DNA of 63,915 nt, filler included, from Octopus bimaculoides (GCF_001194135.2; 8 parts of 7 records of this genome joined end to end with filler, not necessarily neighbours in it), one strand, 5' to 3'; shown: positions 49,175-61,930, counted from the whole stretch's first letter. The notes: generated from the letters alone by a model not told the origin. Translations and numbers: made by a program.

Positions 49175-50231
49175 CTGCATATATATATATATATCATCAT
49201 AATCATCATCATCATCGTTTAACGTCTGCTTTCCATGTTAGCATGGGTTGGACGATTTGACTGAGGACTGGTGAAACCGGATGGCAACACCAGGCTCCAA
49301 TCTGATTTGGCAATATATATATATATATACATACATANNNNNNNNNNNNNNNNNNNNNNNNNNNNNNNNNNNNNNNNNNNNNNNNNNNNNNNNNNNNNNN
49401 NNNNNNNNNNNNNNNNNNNNNNNNNNNNNNNNNNNNNNNNNNNNNNNNNNNNNNNNNNNNNNNNNNNNNNNNNNNNNNNNNNNNNNNNNNNNNNNNNNNN
49501 NNNNNNNNNNNNNNNNNNNNNNNNNNNNNNNNNNNNNNNNNNNNNNNNNNNNNNNNNNNNNNNNNNNNNNNNNNTAAGATATAAAGAAATTCACAATTAA
49601 ACATAACAAATATATTCCCATGATCGGCTGCCACACGGTTATCACTTTTGTTTCGACACATATTTATGTATATTTATTTACATGTGTATGTGCGTGTACA
49701 TTCATTTGATTTAGCTATTTTGGTCCTTGCTGCTTCGTGTAATTATACTGAACGCGCGCACAGACAGACAGACAGACAAACAGAAAAACAGACAGACAGT
49801 CAGACAGACAGACAGGCACACACACACACACACACACATACTGAAACGCACACAATAAACACAATACATGTTTTTATGTGCTACTTATAGCTTCATATAT
49901 CGAGAAATAGCTCAAACATATTCATCAGGCACAAATCACATATCAAAAAGAACGAAGAAATAAAATGAGGGAATAGTAGCGCATAAAAACATGTCTGTTA
50001 AATAATATTTATCTCTCACCAGATGGAGGACTTTGCTGTTGATCTCACCAACACGAAACAGTACATTACGCGCGCGGGCGCGCACACACGTAAGCACGCA
50101 CGCAGGCACACACACACATACACACGCATACACACAGACACACACACACACACACACGCACACACACACACATGTATGTATGTATATATGTATGTCATTG
50201 TCCAGTTTTATTTCAAGATTTCTTGCGAATA

Positions 50232-52075
50232 GAGAAAGAGCCGGTTTCTAACCTAGATTCAAAGTTCCTTCATTGGAATTTCAACATCAACAACAGGATA
50301 TTTTTGCTTGCATGTATGTATGTATATGTGCAGATTTGTATGTTTTGTTTATGCATGTATTCTCGTGCATATAGCTGCATGTCTAGACATGCTCATATAT
50401 ACTGAAATGATAAACTTCTGGAAAGTTTTAATGACTTTTACATTTCCGGTGATGGATTGGATCTGTAGTCTTCGAATTAGCTTTTTCCTTTCTGGCTTTG
50501 AGAAGCCTAATTTCTCAAGATCGGTNNNNNNNNNNNNNNNNNNNNNNNNNNNNNNNNNNNNNNNNNNNNNNNNNNNNNNNNNNNNNNNNNNNNNNNNNNN
50601 NNNNNNNNNNNNNNNNNNNNNNNNNNNNNNNNNNNNNNNNNNNNNNNNNNNNNNNNNNNNNNNNNNNNNNNNNNNNNNNNNNNNNNNNNNNNNNNNNNNN
50701 NNNNNNNNNNNNNNNNNNNNNNNNNNNNNNNNNNNNNNNNNNNNNNNNNNNNNNNNNNNNNNNNNNNNNNNNNNNNNNNNNNNNNNNNNNNNNNNNNNNN
50801 NNNNNNNNNNNNNNNNNNNNNNNNNNNNNNNNNNNNNNNNNNNNNNNNNNNNNNNNNNNNNNNNNNNNNNNNNNNNNNNNNNNNNNNNNNNNNNNNNNNN
50901 NNNNNNNNNNNNNNNNNNNNNNNNNNNNNNNNNNNNNNNNNNNNNNNNNNNNNNNNNNNNNNNNNNNNNNNNNNNNNNNNNNNNNNNNNNNNNNNNNNNN
51001 NNNNNNNNNNNNNNNNNNNNNNNNNNNNNNNNNNNNNNNNNNNNNNNNNNNNNNNNNNNNNNNNNNNNNNNNNNNNNNNNNNNNNNNNNNNNNNNNNNNN
51101 NNNNNNNNNNNNNNNNNNNNNNNNNNNNNNNNNNNNNNNNNNNNNNNNNNNNNNNNNNNNNNNNNNNNNNNNNNNNNNNNNNNNNNNNNNNNNNNNNNNN
51201 NNNNNNNNNNNNNNNNNNNNNNNNNNNNNNNNNNNNNNNNNNNNNNNNNNNNNNNNNNNNNNNNNNNNNNNNNNNNNNNNNNNNNNNNNNNNNNNNNNNN
51301 NNNNNNNNNNNNNNNNNNNNNNNNNNNNNNNNNNNNNNNNNNNNNNNNNNNGGTCTTCTCTGAGGTAAGAGAGCCCAGCTGTTTTGGTGCTGTATAGGAA
51401 ATCATCAGAAAGAGAGTGTTTCTTGAGGAGTTCACTGCCAACTCGTACAATGTTGCTCACTTCACTTTTCAGGACTGCATTGATATATTTATTATTGCTT
51501 CTGTTGTTTAGCAGGTGCTGCCTGAGTGATACTATACGGTATTCGAAGGCCGTCTTCTCTGATCTCAGGCCTCTACCACCTTCGTTTCTTCATAAGTAGA
51601 GCCTGACAACATCACTGTTTCTGTGGATCTTCCCAGTTGTTGTCAGAATTTTATGGGTTTTTATATCTATGGAGTGGATTTCCTCTACAGACCAGTCAAG
51701 TATCCCAAACGTTGGGTTCAACCCTGGTACTGTAATTGCATTGTGGGATATTGTTTTGTTGTAAGGGGAGAGTTCCGACTGCTAAATTTCCCTGAGTCTG
51801 GTGTAATATTCTCGGGTCACTCTATTTAATCACAGTGCCTTCATATGATACATGTTTGTCTATGCCTAGGTACTTGTAACATTCTTTGTGAGGAATGGAG
51901 GAGACAGAAAGACCCTTGATGCACAGGTATTGGGTTTGAGGGACTGACTTTCCTCGTTCTATAACCAAGTATGAAATTTTCTTTTGGCCAAATTCCATGC
52001 CTATATTAGCTGAAAATGTTATTAATTCCAGTTGTTTTTTTGGTATTGTTAACACTTTTAGCATAAATCTTCAGG
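50232..52075 (-). pseudogene. R4/Dong-like RLE non-LTR retrotransposon fossil spanning an internal gap
   Basis: LELITFSANIGMEFG..YKYLGID, RVTREYYTRLREI..SELSPYNK..HNAITVP..FGILDW..GGRGL (RT thumb region). After the gap: LEKLGFSKPERKKLIRRLQIQSITGNVKVIKTF. It shares the 3'UTR motif GTTAGAAACC(G/A)GCTC(T/C)TTCTC (50232-50252) with the copy at 28900-28920. Confidence 0.8.
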
Positions 52076-52394
52076 TTGTCTGCAGTTTGCCTATGTATGT
52101 ATGTATGTATGTAAGTATGTATGTATGTATGTTTGTATGTATGTATGATAAACACACATTGTTTTCTGTGTGTGTATGTGTACAAATGTGCGTATGTGCA
52201 TATGGACGGCGATGCTTGTATGTATGTTTTTATGCGTGCATACGAGAGTATGCAAATGAATAAATGCTTGTGTATATGTGTATGCGTGTGTGTGTGTGTA
52301 TGTGTGTATGTGTGTGTGTGTATGTGTCTGTGTGTGTGCTATGTTCGTAGATAATTGATTGTGAACATGCAGTGTCATCTATGTATGCATGTAT

Positions 52395-52474
52395 GTGTGT
52401 GGTGTTGTGTGTGTGGTGTTGTGTGTGTGGTGTTGTGTGTGTGGTGTTGTGTGTGTGGTGTTGTGTGTGTGGTG
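52395..52474 (+). repeat. 14-bp minisatellite (GTGTGTGTGGTGTT)n
   Basis: About 6 tandem units running into a spacer. Confidence 0.85.
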
Positions 52475-52574
52475 NNNNNNNNNNNNNNNNNNNNNNNNNN
52501 NNNNNNNNNNNNNNNNNNTTAATTAATTAANNNNNNNNNNNNNNNNNNNNNNNNNNNNNNNNNNNNNNNNNNNN
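52475..52574. other. Artificial scaffold spacer
   Basis: 44 N + TTAATTAATTAA (52519-52530) + 44 N. Confidence 0.95.
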
Positions 52575-52576
52575 AT

Positions 52577-52613
52577 TCTTTCTGTTGAAGAGCGTAGCTC
52601 GAAACGTCAAAGA
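52577..52613 (+). ncRNA. Minimal type I hammerhead-like motif, family 1 (CUGUUGA core)
   Basis: UCUUU-CUGUUGA-A-GAGC[GUA]GCUC-GAAA-CG-UC|AAAGA. It has a perfect 5-bp stem I, a 4-bp stem II, a palindromic ACGU helix III and a GUC site. Confidence 0.6.
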
Positions 52614-52703
52614 CTTTCCGTATTCCCGAGCGTCATACTAATATATACTTTTGTTATTTACACCACCTGTGCTCGTCTGTTGTTATTATTTGTATATTCT
52701 CCC

Positions 52704-52744
<41 letters not shown>

Positions 52745-52844
52745 TATATATACATATATATACACATACGTATGAAGAGCTAGCCGTTGTTTGATTTTTA
52801 CATTTAACATGCATCGTACGACAAAAATGGCTTTACACTTATAG

Positions 52845-52886
<42 letters not shown>

Positions 52887-53249
52887 TATTTTTCGTTAGT
52901 AGAAGATACTTTGGTGTAAATTTACAGCTTTCTCATTAATGTACTTAATAGTCTATTTATTCAAAATACCTAAAAACTGAATAATATTAGACAACATAAA
53001 ATAATTTTGGCACCTGATAATAAAGAAGGATCATTAGCAATGTAAAATGTCTTTGAACGTGTTAATTCTTTTGTGTCCTACCGTAGCTTTTGAATGATCC
53101 AAACTTCAAATATATAATTATGATGTAGATGCATTCATTATCTACAAAATCAGTTATAACACCTTCATTACCTGAATCGATTTCATAATCTGTGATGTTG
53201 ACAGGAATACATAGGTAATAGTGTATTAAGTACGTTTGGCCGAACGATA

Positions 53250-54010
53250 AAAGGATAGTATGAAACATATAGCAGTGTATTTGCGTGAAATAGAGAAAAC
53301 TATATTTCCTCACGACGAAGAAAACCTTTTGTCTTCGGGTATTTCGTTCTTTAATCCCCAGAGAAATCAAATCAAATATATTCGTCACAACACTAGAGCT
53401 GTATTTTATAATGAAAGTCGTGTTTTTCTTTACATTGACAACGTATTTCCAGTTAATTGCTGTTATAGATGTTTTCTTTTCTAAATATTAGTTTTAGTTC
53501 TATGTGGTTTGTTCCGAAAGTTATACTAAAGCATAAGTTACTTATGAACAAATGTAGGTAGTTAAATTGCATATGTTGGTAGAAAAAGACTCCCTCTATA
53601 CAAAGCTATTGATCAACATAGTTTCCATATCAATCGATGCATTTGTACCATTGTTGAGCCCAAAATCCGATTCCTCTTTCACAAAATTCAGGCGCGCACC
53701 TTTCTTGTTTGTATAATTTTTATAGTTTTCTAATTTCAACAGGCTGGCAGACAACCTCACTATGGGTGAAACTTTCAGGAATGGTTAAATCTTAATTTTG
53801 AGGTGAGGTGGATAGGACAATAAACAGACCTAACGTCACCTGACTTTTTCTTGTGGTTGTATTGAATTCATGAATTAAAACAAGTAATTTCTGATAGATT
53901 TTCAGCAATTAACGTGGAAACGTGTCAACAGGTTTGTAGAAGTGTTGCCGGTAGGTTTCAACATTGTACTGAAAACGAAGGGAGCGTTTTGAGCACGTTA
54001 ATTAAACTTT
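53250..54010 (+). pseudogene. Degraded Tc1/mariner-superfamily (maT/DD37D-like) transposase
   Basis: VFYNESRVFLYIDNV..NC (decayed FSDE region), WLNLNF..RWIG, DLTSPDFFLW, QHCTENEG..FEH. Confidence 0.55.
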
Positions 54011-54157
54011 TTATCATAATGAATTAGATTATTCTGATGGAGCAATACAAAATAAATTATTTAAATTTATTTGCATTAATTATTTTTTTCTTCATTTCTT
54101 TAACTACTGTGATAAAATTTTGTACAACAAAAATTACAAAATAAAAAAAAAACATTT

Positions 54158-54468
54158 TGTACTCTTTTACTCTTTTACTCTTTTACTTGTTTCAGTCATT
54201 TGACTGCGGCCATGCTGCAGCACCGCCTTTAGTCGAGCAAATCGCCCCCAGGACTTATTATTTGTAAGCCTAGTACTTATTCTATCGGTCTCTATTACTA
54301 AACCGCTAGATTACGGGGACATAAACCCACCAGCATCGGTTGTCAAGCGATGTTGGGGGGACAATCACAGATACAAACATACACACAAACACACACACAT
54401 ACACATACATATATATATACATATACGACGGGATTCTTTCAGTTTCCGTCTACTAAATCCACTCACAA
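54158..54468 (-). mobile_element. SINE family A (tail and core; head lost in the gap)
   Basis: (TACTCTTT)n tail and the reverse-complement body. Confidence 0.85.
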
Positions 54469-54964
54469 NNNNNNNNNNNNNNNNNNNNNNNNNNNNNNNN
54501 NNNNNNNNNNNNNNNNNNNNNNNNNNNNNNNNNNNNNNNNNNNNNNNNNNNNNNNNNNNNNNNNNNNNTATATATATAAGGTATGTATGTATGTAAGTAT
54601 GTGTGTATGTATGTATGTATGTATGTGTATGTGTGTGTCTGTGTATGTGTGTGCATATAGAAAACATCTGACTGCATTCACAATATTCAATTACACGATA
54701 TCACACTTTCATAATTTCTGATTATACCATATCATATTTAGCTGTAGTTTTCCACCTTATGATAGCTTAGGTGATTTATCATTCGTATGTTTGATATGAT
54801 TTATTTACAGCAATATGCAACAAATTATGTAGAGATATTAAAATGTTGGTATTTGTATGTCAATTTTATCAATACAAGGTGAGTCAGTTTTTCATATGTC
54901 AATTGATAAACGATTGTACTCTTATTTCTTTAGAGTAATGCTTCGGTTAATATATTAACACATA

Positions 54965-55180
54965 TCTAGTCGGCGAGCGGGTAGACTCGTTACCATGCGG
55001 ACCAAAATGCATAGCAGCATTTCACCCGTCTTTATGTTCTGAGTTAAAAAGGCCACCAGGGTTGACTTTATCTTCCATCGTTTTAAGGTCGATAAAATAA
55101 GTACCAGTTGACCACTGGGATCGATGTAATCGACTAGCCTTCTTCTCCGAACTTGCTGGCCGTGTGCCAAAATTTGATAT
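54965..55180 (+). mobile_element. SINE family B copy
   Basis: GGCGAGCGGGTAGACTCG..CTGAGTT..GGCCGTGTGCCAAAATTTGA. Confidence 0.7.
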
Positions 55181-55439
55181 CAATGTATATATTACTTCTT
55201 TTAATTATATTTTGAGTGTTTGCTGACATTAAGGTATTCATAATCAAGGATTGAAACTTCATCTCACATCCTGCCAGTAAGTCAAACAAAAACAAAGAAA
55301 GAATGAAAATCAAACAAAAACTAATGTTCATTAATTTCAAATGCTTCGAACATATAAGACCAGAATTCTATCCCTTTATACAAATCGAGCCTCAACAGCT
55401 CAGTTACCCAATTTGTATTCATCGTAATTGAACCATACT

Positions 55440-55916
55440 CGATGACTGGTCACCGCGCCAGTGGAGCACTAACAGCACTGTCGAGCGTGTTCATTGCCAG
55501 AGCAGCTGTCTGGCTTCCGTGCTAGTGGCCAGTAAATAGCACCATTTGAGCGTAATCGCTACCAGCGTTGCCTTCTAGCACTTGTTCTGGTGGCACGTTA
55601 GAAAATCATTCGAGCGTGGTCGTTGCCAGTGCCGCTGGACTGGCTCCCGTGCAGGTGGCGCGTAAAAAAACACCTTTTTGAGCGTGACCGTTGCCAGTAC
55701 CGTGTGACTGGCCCTTGTGCTGGTGGCACGTAAAAGCATCCACTACACACTCGGAGTGGTTGGCGTTAGGAAGGGCATCCAGCTGTAGAAACTCTGCCAG
55801 ATCATATTGGAGCCTGGTGCAGCCTTCTGGCTTGCCAGTTCTCAGTCAAATCGTCCAACCCATGCTAGCATGGAAAGCGGACGTTAAACGATGATGATGA
55901 TGATGATGATGATGAT
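55440..55916 (+). mobile_element. Family C element with four ~65-bp internal tandem units and a (GAT)n tail
   Basis: Units start at 55483, 55548, 55612 and 55680, then GGCGTTAGGAAGGGCATCCAGCTGTAGAAAC and the (GAT)n tail. Confidence 0.82.
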
Positions 55917-56214
55917 TTAATACCGAAATTGTTATATCATATTCTCTAAAGTATCATGTCCACAGTCCAGTTGTGCAACACCTTCGCGGATTTTGACTCG
56001 TCGATCAGCGCGAACTTTATCTACTCACTCGCAGGCGTGTTATATTATTGCTTGTAGTTCATAGTCTTCGGGGATGCCTTTAGTTTTCTCAGTTTTTTTC
56101 ATCTATTTATGCACATGTCTCCTGTCCATGGTTTTACCTCCGTAAACAACTCACAGCCATGAGTGGATGTTGCAAAGCCAGCGACTTTCCTTCGTCAATA
56201 TCTCAATGACGGCA

Positions 56215-56431
56215 AAGCGTCGAGCTGACAGAAACGTTAGGACGCCGGGCGAAATGCTTAGCGGTATTTCGTCCGTCTTTGCGTTCTGAGTTCAAATTCC
56301 ACCGAGGTCGACTTTGAATTTCATCCTTTTGGGGTAGATAAATTAAGTACCAGTTGCGTACTGAGGTCGATGTAATCGACTGGCCCCCTCCCCAAAAATT
56401 TCGGTCCCCATGCTTAGAGTAGAAAAGAAAA
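56215..56431 (+). mobile_element. SINE family B with a perfect 18-bp target-site duplication
   Basis: AATATCTCAATGACGGCA at 56197-56214 and 56432-56449. Confidence 0.92.
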
Positions 56432-56669
56432 AATATCTCAATGACGGCATGTTCTCTGCTTGGAAACTACAATGTGTCTGAAATGAAGAAAAGAACAAAG
56501 AAAAGTTAATTCTATATTTAAGAGATGAGGAATTATTTACATTTGATGGATATTTGTCCTCATCTTGTTTGTTGTTAACACAACTTTTCGGCTGATATAC
56601 CCTCCAGCCTTCTTCAAGTGTCTTGGGGAAATTTCGAACCTGGCTTTTCATTCTGAAGGTATTTTTCGA

Positions 56670-56757
<88 letters not shown>

Positions 56758-56958
56758 TGATCTGAATGATGGAACCATTCATAAGTTTAAAACGCCACAC
56801 ACACACAAAAATACACTATGCCTGGAGATAAATCTATCAACAAAAAAAATACAGATGAATACCGATCTGCTAGCCTTAAAAAACTACGCTACGAGCAATG
56901 TTTACATGCTGAGAACTCGGTGACGGTGTTGTCTCAAAAAACTGACCCTAAACAGACA

Positions 56959-57058
56959 NNNNNNNNNNNNNNNNNNNNNNNNNNNNNNNNNNNNNNNNNN
57001 NNTTAATTAATTAANNNNNNNNNNNNNNNNNNNNNNNNNNNNNNNNNNNNNNNNNNNN
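56959..57058. other. Artificial scaffold spacer
   Basis: 44 N + TTAATTAATTAA (57003-57014) + 44 N. Confidence 0.95.
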
Positions 57059-57574
57059 GCATGGAAAGCGGACGTTAAACGACGATGATGATGATGATAT
57101 ATATACAAATATATGGGCAAACAACATAGCCACGTATGTGACAAGAAAAGAAGCAAACTTCAGTATCATTGAAATAGAAGTCTAAATTCATTTCAAGACT
57201 CAGGACTTCCATATTAAGCATGCATCAATCATGCATTAACCTTGCAAAAGCTGATGAAGTGCAGCCAGTATTGAATTGCTGCACAGAAACTGAGAGTCTT
57301 GAATGCAAGTGTTCCATACCTGTATCTTTTAATGAATGTAAGTCTATAAATATGTGTGTATGTGTATATATATATATGCATGTGCTTATGTGTGTATGTA
57401 CATACACACATGTAGATATATATATCTGTGTGTATATATATATAAATATATATATATACACATATATATATTTATAAATATATATATATTATATATATGT
57501 AAATATTATATATATGTATATACATACATACATGCATACATACATACATACATACATACATNNNNNNNNNNACA

Positions 57575-57607
<33 letters not shown>

Positions 57608-58507
57608 GTGCTGTGAAGCATGACATGTAACCAAAGTTCAAGCTCAGTAGTAGGTCTCATACTCCACTCCTATATCCAATTTGGTACAATATGGGGTATC
57701 AAAACATAGGATAGGCTAGTGTGCAGAATACAAACCATGTAACAGTATTAATAAAATACAGAGAACATATATGGTATTTTATGCCTTATAAAACATATAC
57801 ACATTTTGGCAAATTACTGCCAGGATTACATAATTGCTTTTTAAAGTGCTATATCATCTTGTTAACCCACCTCTTTAGTGTTTAGTAAAAAATAATGAAT
57901 GGTGTTAAATGTTCAATATATATTGCTATGATACAAATTATCAACCAAATTTCTGTCTACCAAATCTATTCATAAGGCTTTGAATAGCTCAGAGTGATAA
58001 TAATGTCATGAGTGGAAGTGAAACATAAACCATATGATTGTGAAGAGAACTTCTTAACCACATAGGCATGCCTCTACATATGTATACAGTATATTAAAGA
58101 GGTTGGAGTAGAGCTGATTTTCATTGTAGAAGAGCTATGTGGCTAATCCCATTTAAAAGAGAGTGAGAATGAATTAGAGGTATCTTTAAGGATATAGATG
58201 NNNNNNNNNNTTTAAAAGAGAGTGAGAATGAATTAGAGGTATCTTTAAGGATATAGATGAGGTGCCCAGGTGGCCTCTACTTATCTATATCTATAGATAG
58301 ATACATACATGCATACATATCTTTGACTATATACATACATATATATAATGTATATATATGTAACTATATATATATGTATAGATATGTATATATGTACATA
58401 TATACATATATACATACACATGTGTACGTGTGTATGTGTTGGTATATAGATTATATACATATCTATACACACACACGCACATATATATAAAGATAGATAG
58501 ATAGATA

Positions 58508-58607
58508 NNNNNNNNNNNNNNNNNNNNNNNNNNNNNNNNNNNNNNNNNNNNTTAATTAATTAANNNNNNNNNNNNNNNNNNNNNNNNNNNNNNNNNNNNN
58601 NNNNNNN
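58508..58607. other. Artificial scaffold spacer
   Basis: 44 N + TTAATTAATTAA (58552-58563) + 44 N. Confidence 0.95.
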
Positions 58608-59080
58608 CCACCATCGCTTGACAACTGATGCTGGAGTGTCTACGTCCCCGTAGACACTTTTTGCGGTTCGGCAAAAAGAGACCAATAGAATAAGTACTAG
58701 GCTTACAAAGAATAAGTGCTGGGGTCGATTTTCTCGACTAAAGGCGGTGCTCCAGCATGACCGCAGTCAAATGACTGAAACAAGTAAAAGAGTAAAAGCA
58801 GACGAAATACCGCTTTGCATTTTGTTTGACGTGCTAACGATCCAACCAGCAGGCCGCCTTAATAATAATTCTCTCTAATATAAATACAAGGACTGAAATT
58901 TTGGAGGAGAAGGCTAGTCGATTACATCGACCCCATTGCTCAACTAGTACTAATTTTTCGACTCCGAAAAGAACGAAAGGCAAAGTCAACAGCGGCGAAA
59001 TTCGAACACAAAACGTAAAGCAGGAATAAAAGCGGCGAAATATTTTTATTTGGCGTGCTCACAACTCTGCCAGATCACCA
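58608..59080. mobile_element. SINE A 3' half (58608-58797 +) followed by SINE B pieces on the minus strand (about 58790-59080)
   Basis: Family A tail abuts reverse-complement family B sequence. Confidence 0.7.
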
Positions 59081-59521
59081 CGTTATAATTAAATGTCTGT
59101 GTTTTTCTATTTCGTATTGTTACTTAATTAAGTCTACATTTTTCTCTAATTTTATAATGTTAACTTAATTAAAATGAAACTATTGTATTATGTTTATGTA
59201 ATGAGGAACAATAGCCAGACAAAGTCAATAGAAACCAATTGACAAATGCTTTGACCAGAAATATGATATAACTGAATCTAAAGATTCAAACGACTAGACA
59301 CGCTATTACGGGTAAGTAATTAGCGCATTTACTAATTATACAATTTAGCCAATTTATAAATTGTTAAATAATTAATTCATAATGAATTAAAACATATATA
59401 AAAAGATTTTAGTTTCGAAGCTATTGAAGCAATATTTTTTGTTTTTTTAACAAACTGGTTAAAGTTAACCCGAGGATTTTTGAGTTGGAGTAAAGCTTCA
59501 GTAATATTAGAGGTAGAGTAT

Positions 59522-60172
59522 AAGGTAGCGAGCTGGCAGAATCGTTAAGCAGGCCGGATAAAATGCTTAGCGGCATTTTGTCTGACTTCACGTACTGAGT
59601 TCTAATTCTGCGAGGTCGAATTTGCCTTTCGCCCTTTCAGGGTCGATAAATTAAGTTTCAGTTGAGTACTAGGATCGATGGAATCAACTTGCTCCCTCAC
59701 CCGAAATAGTTAGCCCCGAGCTAAAATTTCAAATTAATATTAGGGTAGAGTATAAGGTGGTGAGCTGGCGGAAACGTTAACCCCGCCGGGCAAATTGCTT
59801 AGCGGTGTTTCGTCCGTCTTCACGTTCAAATTCCACCGTGGTTGATTTCGATTCTCATCATTTCGGCGTCGATATGATAAGCACCAGTTGAATACTACGG
59901 TCGATATAACTGACTTAACGCCTCTCCTGAAATTACTGGCTTTGTGCCATAATTTGAAACCAATGTTAGAACAGGGTATAAGGCTGCAAGCTGGCAGAAT
60001 CATTACCACATCGGGCAAAAATGCTTAGCGGAATTTCGTCCGTCTTAACATTCTGAGTTCAAATTCCACCTAGGGTCAATTTTGCCTTTCGTCATGTCGA
60101 TATTCGATAAAATAGGTACCAATTGATCACTTGAATCGATGTAATTACCCCGAAATTACTGGCTTTGTGCCA
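59522..60172 (+). mobile_element. Tandem array of three SINE B units (starts 59522, 59754, 59980)
   Basis: Period about 230 bp. Each head is preceded by an AAT(A/G)TTAG..GTAT spacer. Confidence 0.8.
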
Positions 60173-60622
60173 ATAAGAGGAGAAGGGTCAAAGTTTGAAA
60201 TCGTTTGTTAGGGTTAGCATCAGTTAAAGTATGGACTACTTTAGTTTTAGTGTACCCTAGTCAGATGTGACCCTGATGATGCTTTATAAATTTCTATTTC
60301 ATATTATATGTACCTAGCACTGTTAGTATACATATTATATGTACTTCGCGCATGTTGATATACATGGATATTATTGGTATATTTGTAGACAACTCAGTTA
60401 TGTATAAATATCAAAAATAAAACTCATTTCAACGACGAGGATAACTTCGATCAACTCGTCTCTATGTTATTGATCCATCTCGCTTCCACTGCGCCACTCG
60501 GTTGGACGATTGATTAAGCAAATATATAATGTATTTTTTCCGATATTGTTTGTTCTGGATTACGTTATTTCTATTACATCATCCACCATTTGCTAGTCAT
60601 TATTATTATTATTATAATACAT

Positions 60623-61298
60623 AAGGCGCCGAAGTCGGCGAGCTGGCAGAAACGTTAGCACGCCGGGCGAAATGCTTAGCGGTATTTCGTCTGTCTTTAC
60701 GTTCTGAGTTCAAATTCGGCTGAGGTCGACTTTGTCTTTCGTCCTTTCGGGGTTGATAAATTAAGTACCAGTTGCGTACAGGTGTCGATCTAATCGACTG
60801 GACCTCTCCCCATCAATCTCGGGCCTTGTGCCTAGAGTAGAAGGGAATATATAAGGCGGTGAGCGGGCAGAATCGTTAGCACGCCGGGCGAAATGCTTTG
60901 CGGTATTTCATCTGTCGTCACGTTCTGAGTTCAAATCCCACTGAGGTTGACTTTACCTTTTATCTTTTCGGGGTCGATAAATTAATTACTAGCTGCTTAT
61001 TGGTGTCGATCAAATCAACTGGCCCCCTCCCCGCAAATTTCGGGCCTTGTGCCTAGAGTAGAAAAGAAATATTAAAGCGGCGAGCTGACAGAATCGTTAG
61101 CACGCTGAACAAAATGTTTAGCGGCATTTCGGAGGTCTTTACGCTCTGACTTCAAATTTCGCCGAGATCAACTTTACTTTTCATCCTTTCCGGGTCGATA
61201 AATCAAGTACCAGTGAATCATTGTGGTCGACGTAATCGACTAGTACCCTCCCCTAAATTTTCCGGCCTTGTGCCTTTAATAGAAAGGATTAGTATTAT
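60623..61298 (+). mobile_element. Head-to-tail array of three SINE B copies (starts 60623, 60853, 61074)
   Basis: Each tail ...AGTAGAA..GAA(A)TAT(A/T) is directly followed by the next AA(G/A)GCGG head. Confidence 0.85.
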
Positions 61299-61607
61299 AA
61301 AATATCTACTTGTATGCATTGAAGTCTGTCGAATGTACGAAATATAGTAACTACACAGTATATGCTGCAGCAATAGGATGTTAATTTATTTACGGAAAGA
61401 CGACATTTCACTCTGTCGATACATTGAGAGTCACATTTCGCAAATCACATGCGTTGTTAATTTTTCTAGTGTCTCTTCATTCGCCATTTTCAGATTAGCC
61501 AGAGGCAAATGAATTCTATAATTGTTTCTTCAACTCAACAAAGCAAATGAGCTGGAATTCCTTTGAATAATATATATACATATATATACATATATATACA
61601 CACACAC

Positions 61608-61641
<34 letters not shown>

Positions 61642-61739
61642 ATACATACATATATATATATAAACACAGACACACACATATATATATATACATATCCGCA
61701 TAATTGAATATATTTACATATACTTTTGAGAATAATTCT

Positions 61740-61930
61740 TTCTACTACAGGCACAAGCTCTGAAATTTGGGAAGGAGGGGATTAGTCGATAAGATCGACC
61801 CCCCCCCCCTCAGTCCACAACTGGTATTTATTATATCGAACCCCACAAAGGATAAAAGGCAAAGTCCACTTCGACAGAATTTAAAATCAGACATTAAAGA
61901 TGTTTTTCTTTTTTCCGGTGTTCTAACGGT
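61740..61930 (-). mobile_element. SINE family B, old copy
   Basis: Reverse-complement family B tail and body. Confidence 0.65.

Noticed and set aside
55483-55745. HDV-like ribozyme fold for the family C 65-nt unit
   Set aside because: A candidate P1 needs three G-U pairs, and I could not place P1.1, P4 or a J4/2 catalytic C. Not supportable by eye.
59522-61298. Regularly spaced repeats considered as a CRISPR-like array or tRNA gene cluster
   Set aside because: The units are ~220-230-bp SINEs without unique spacers. The heads have A/B-box-like motifs but no complete cloverleaf, and the context is eukaryotic.
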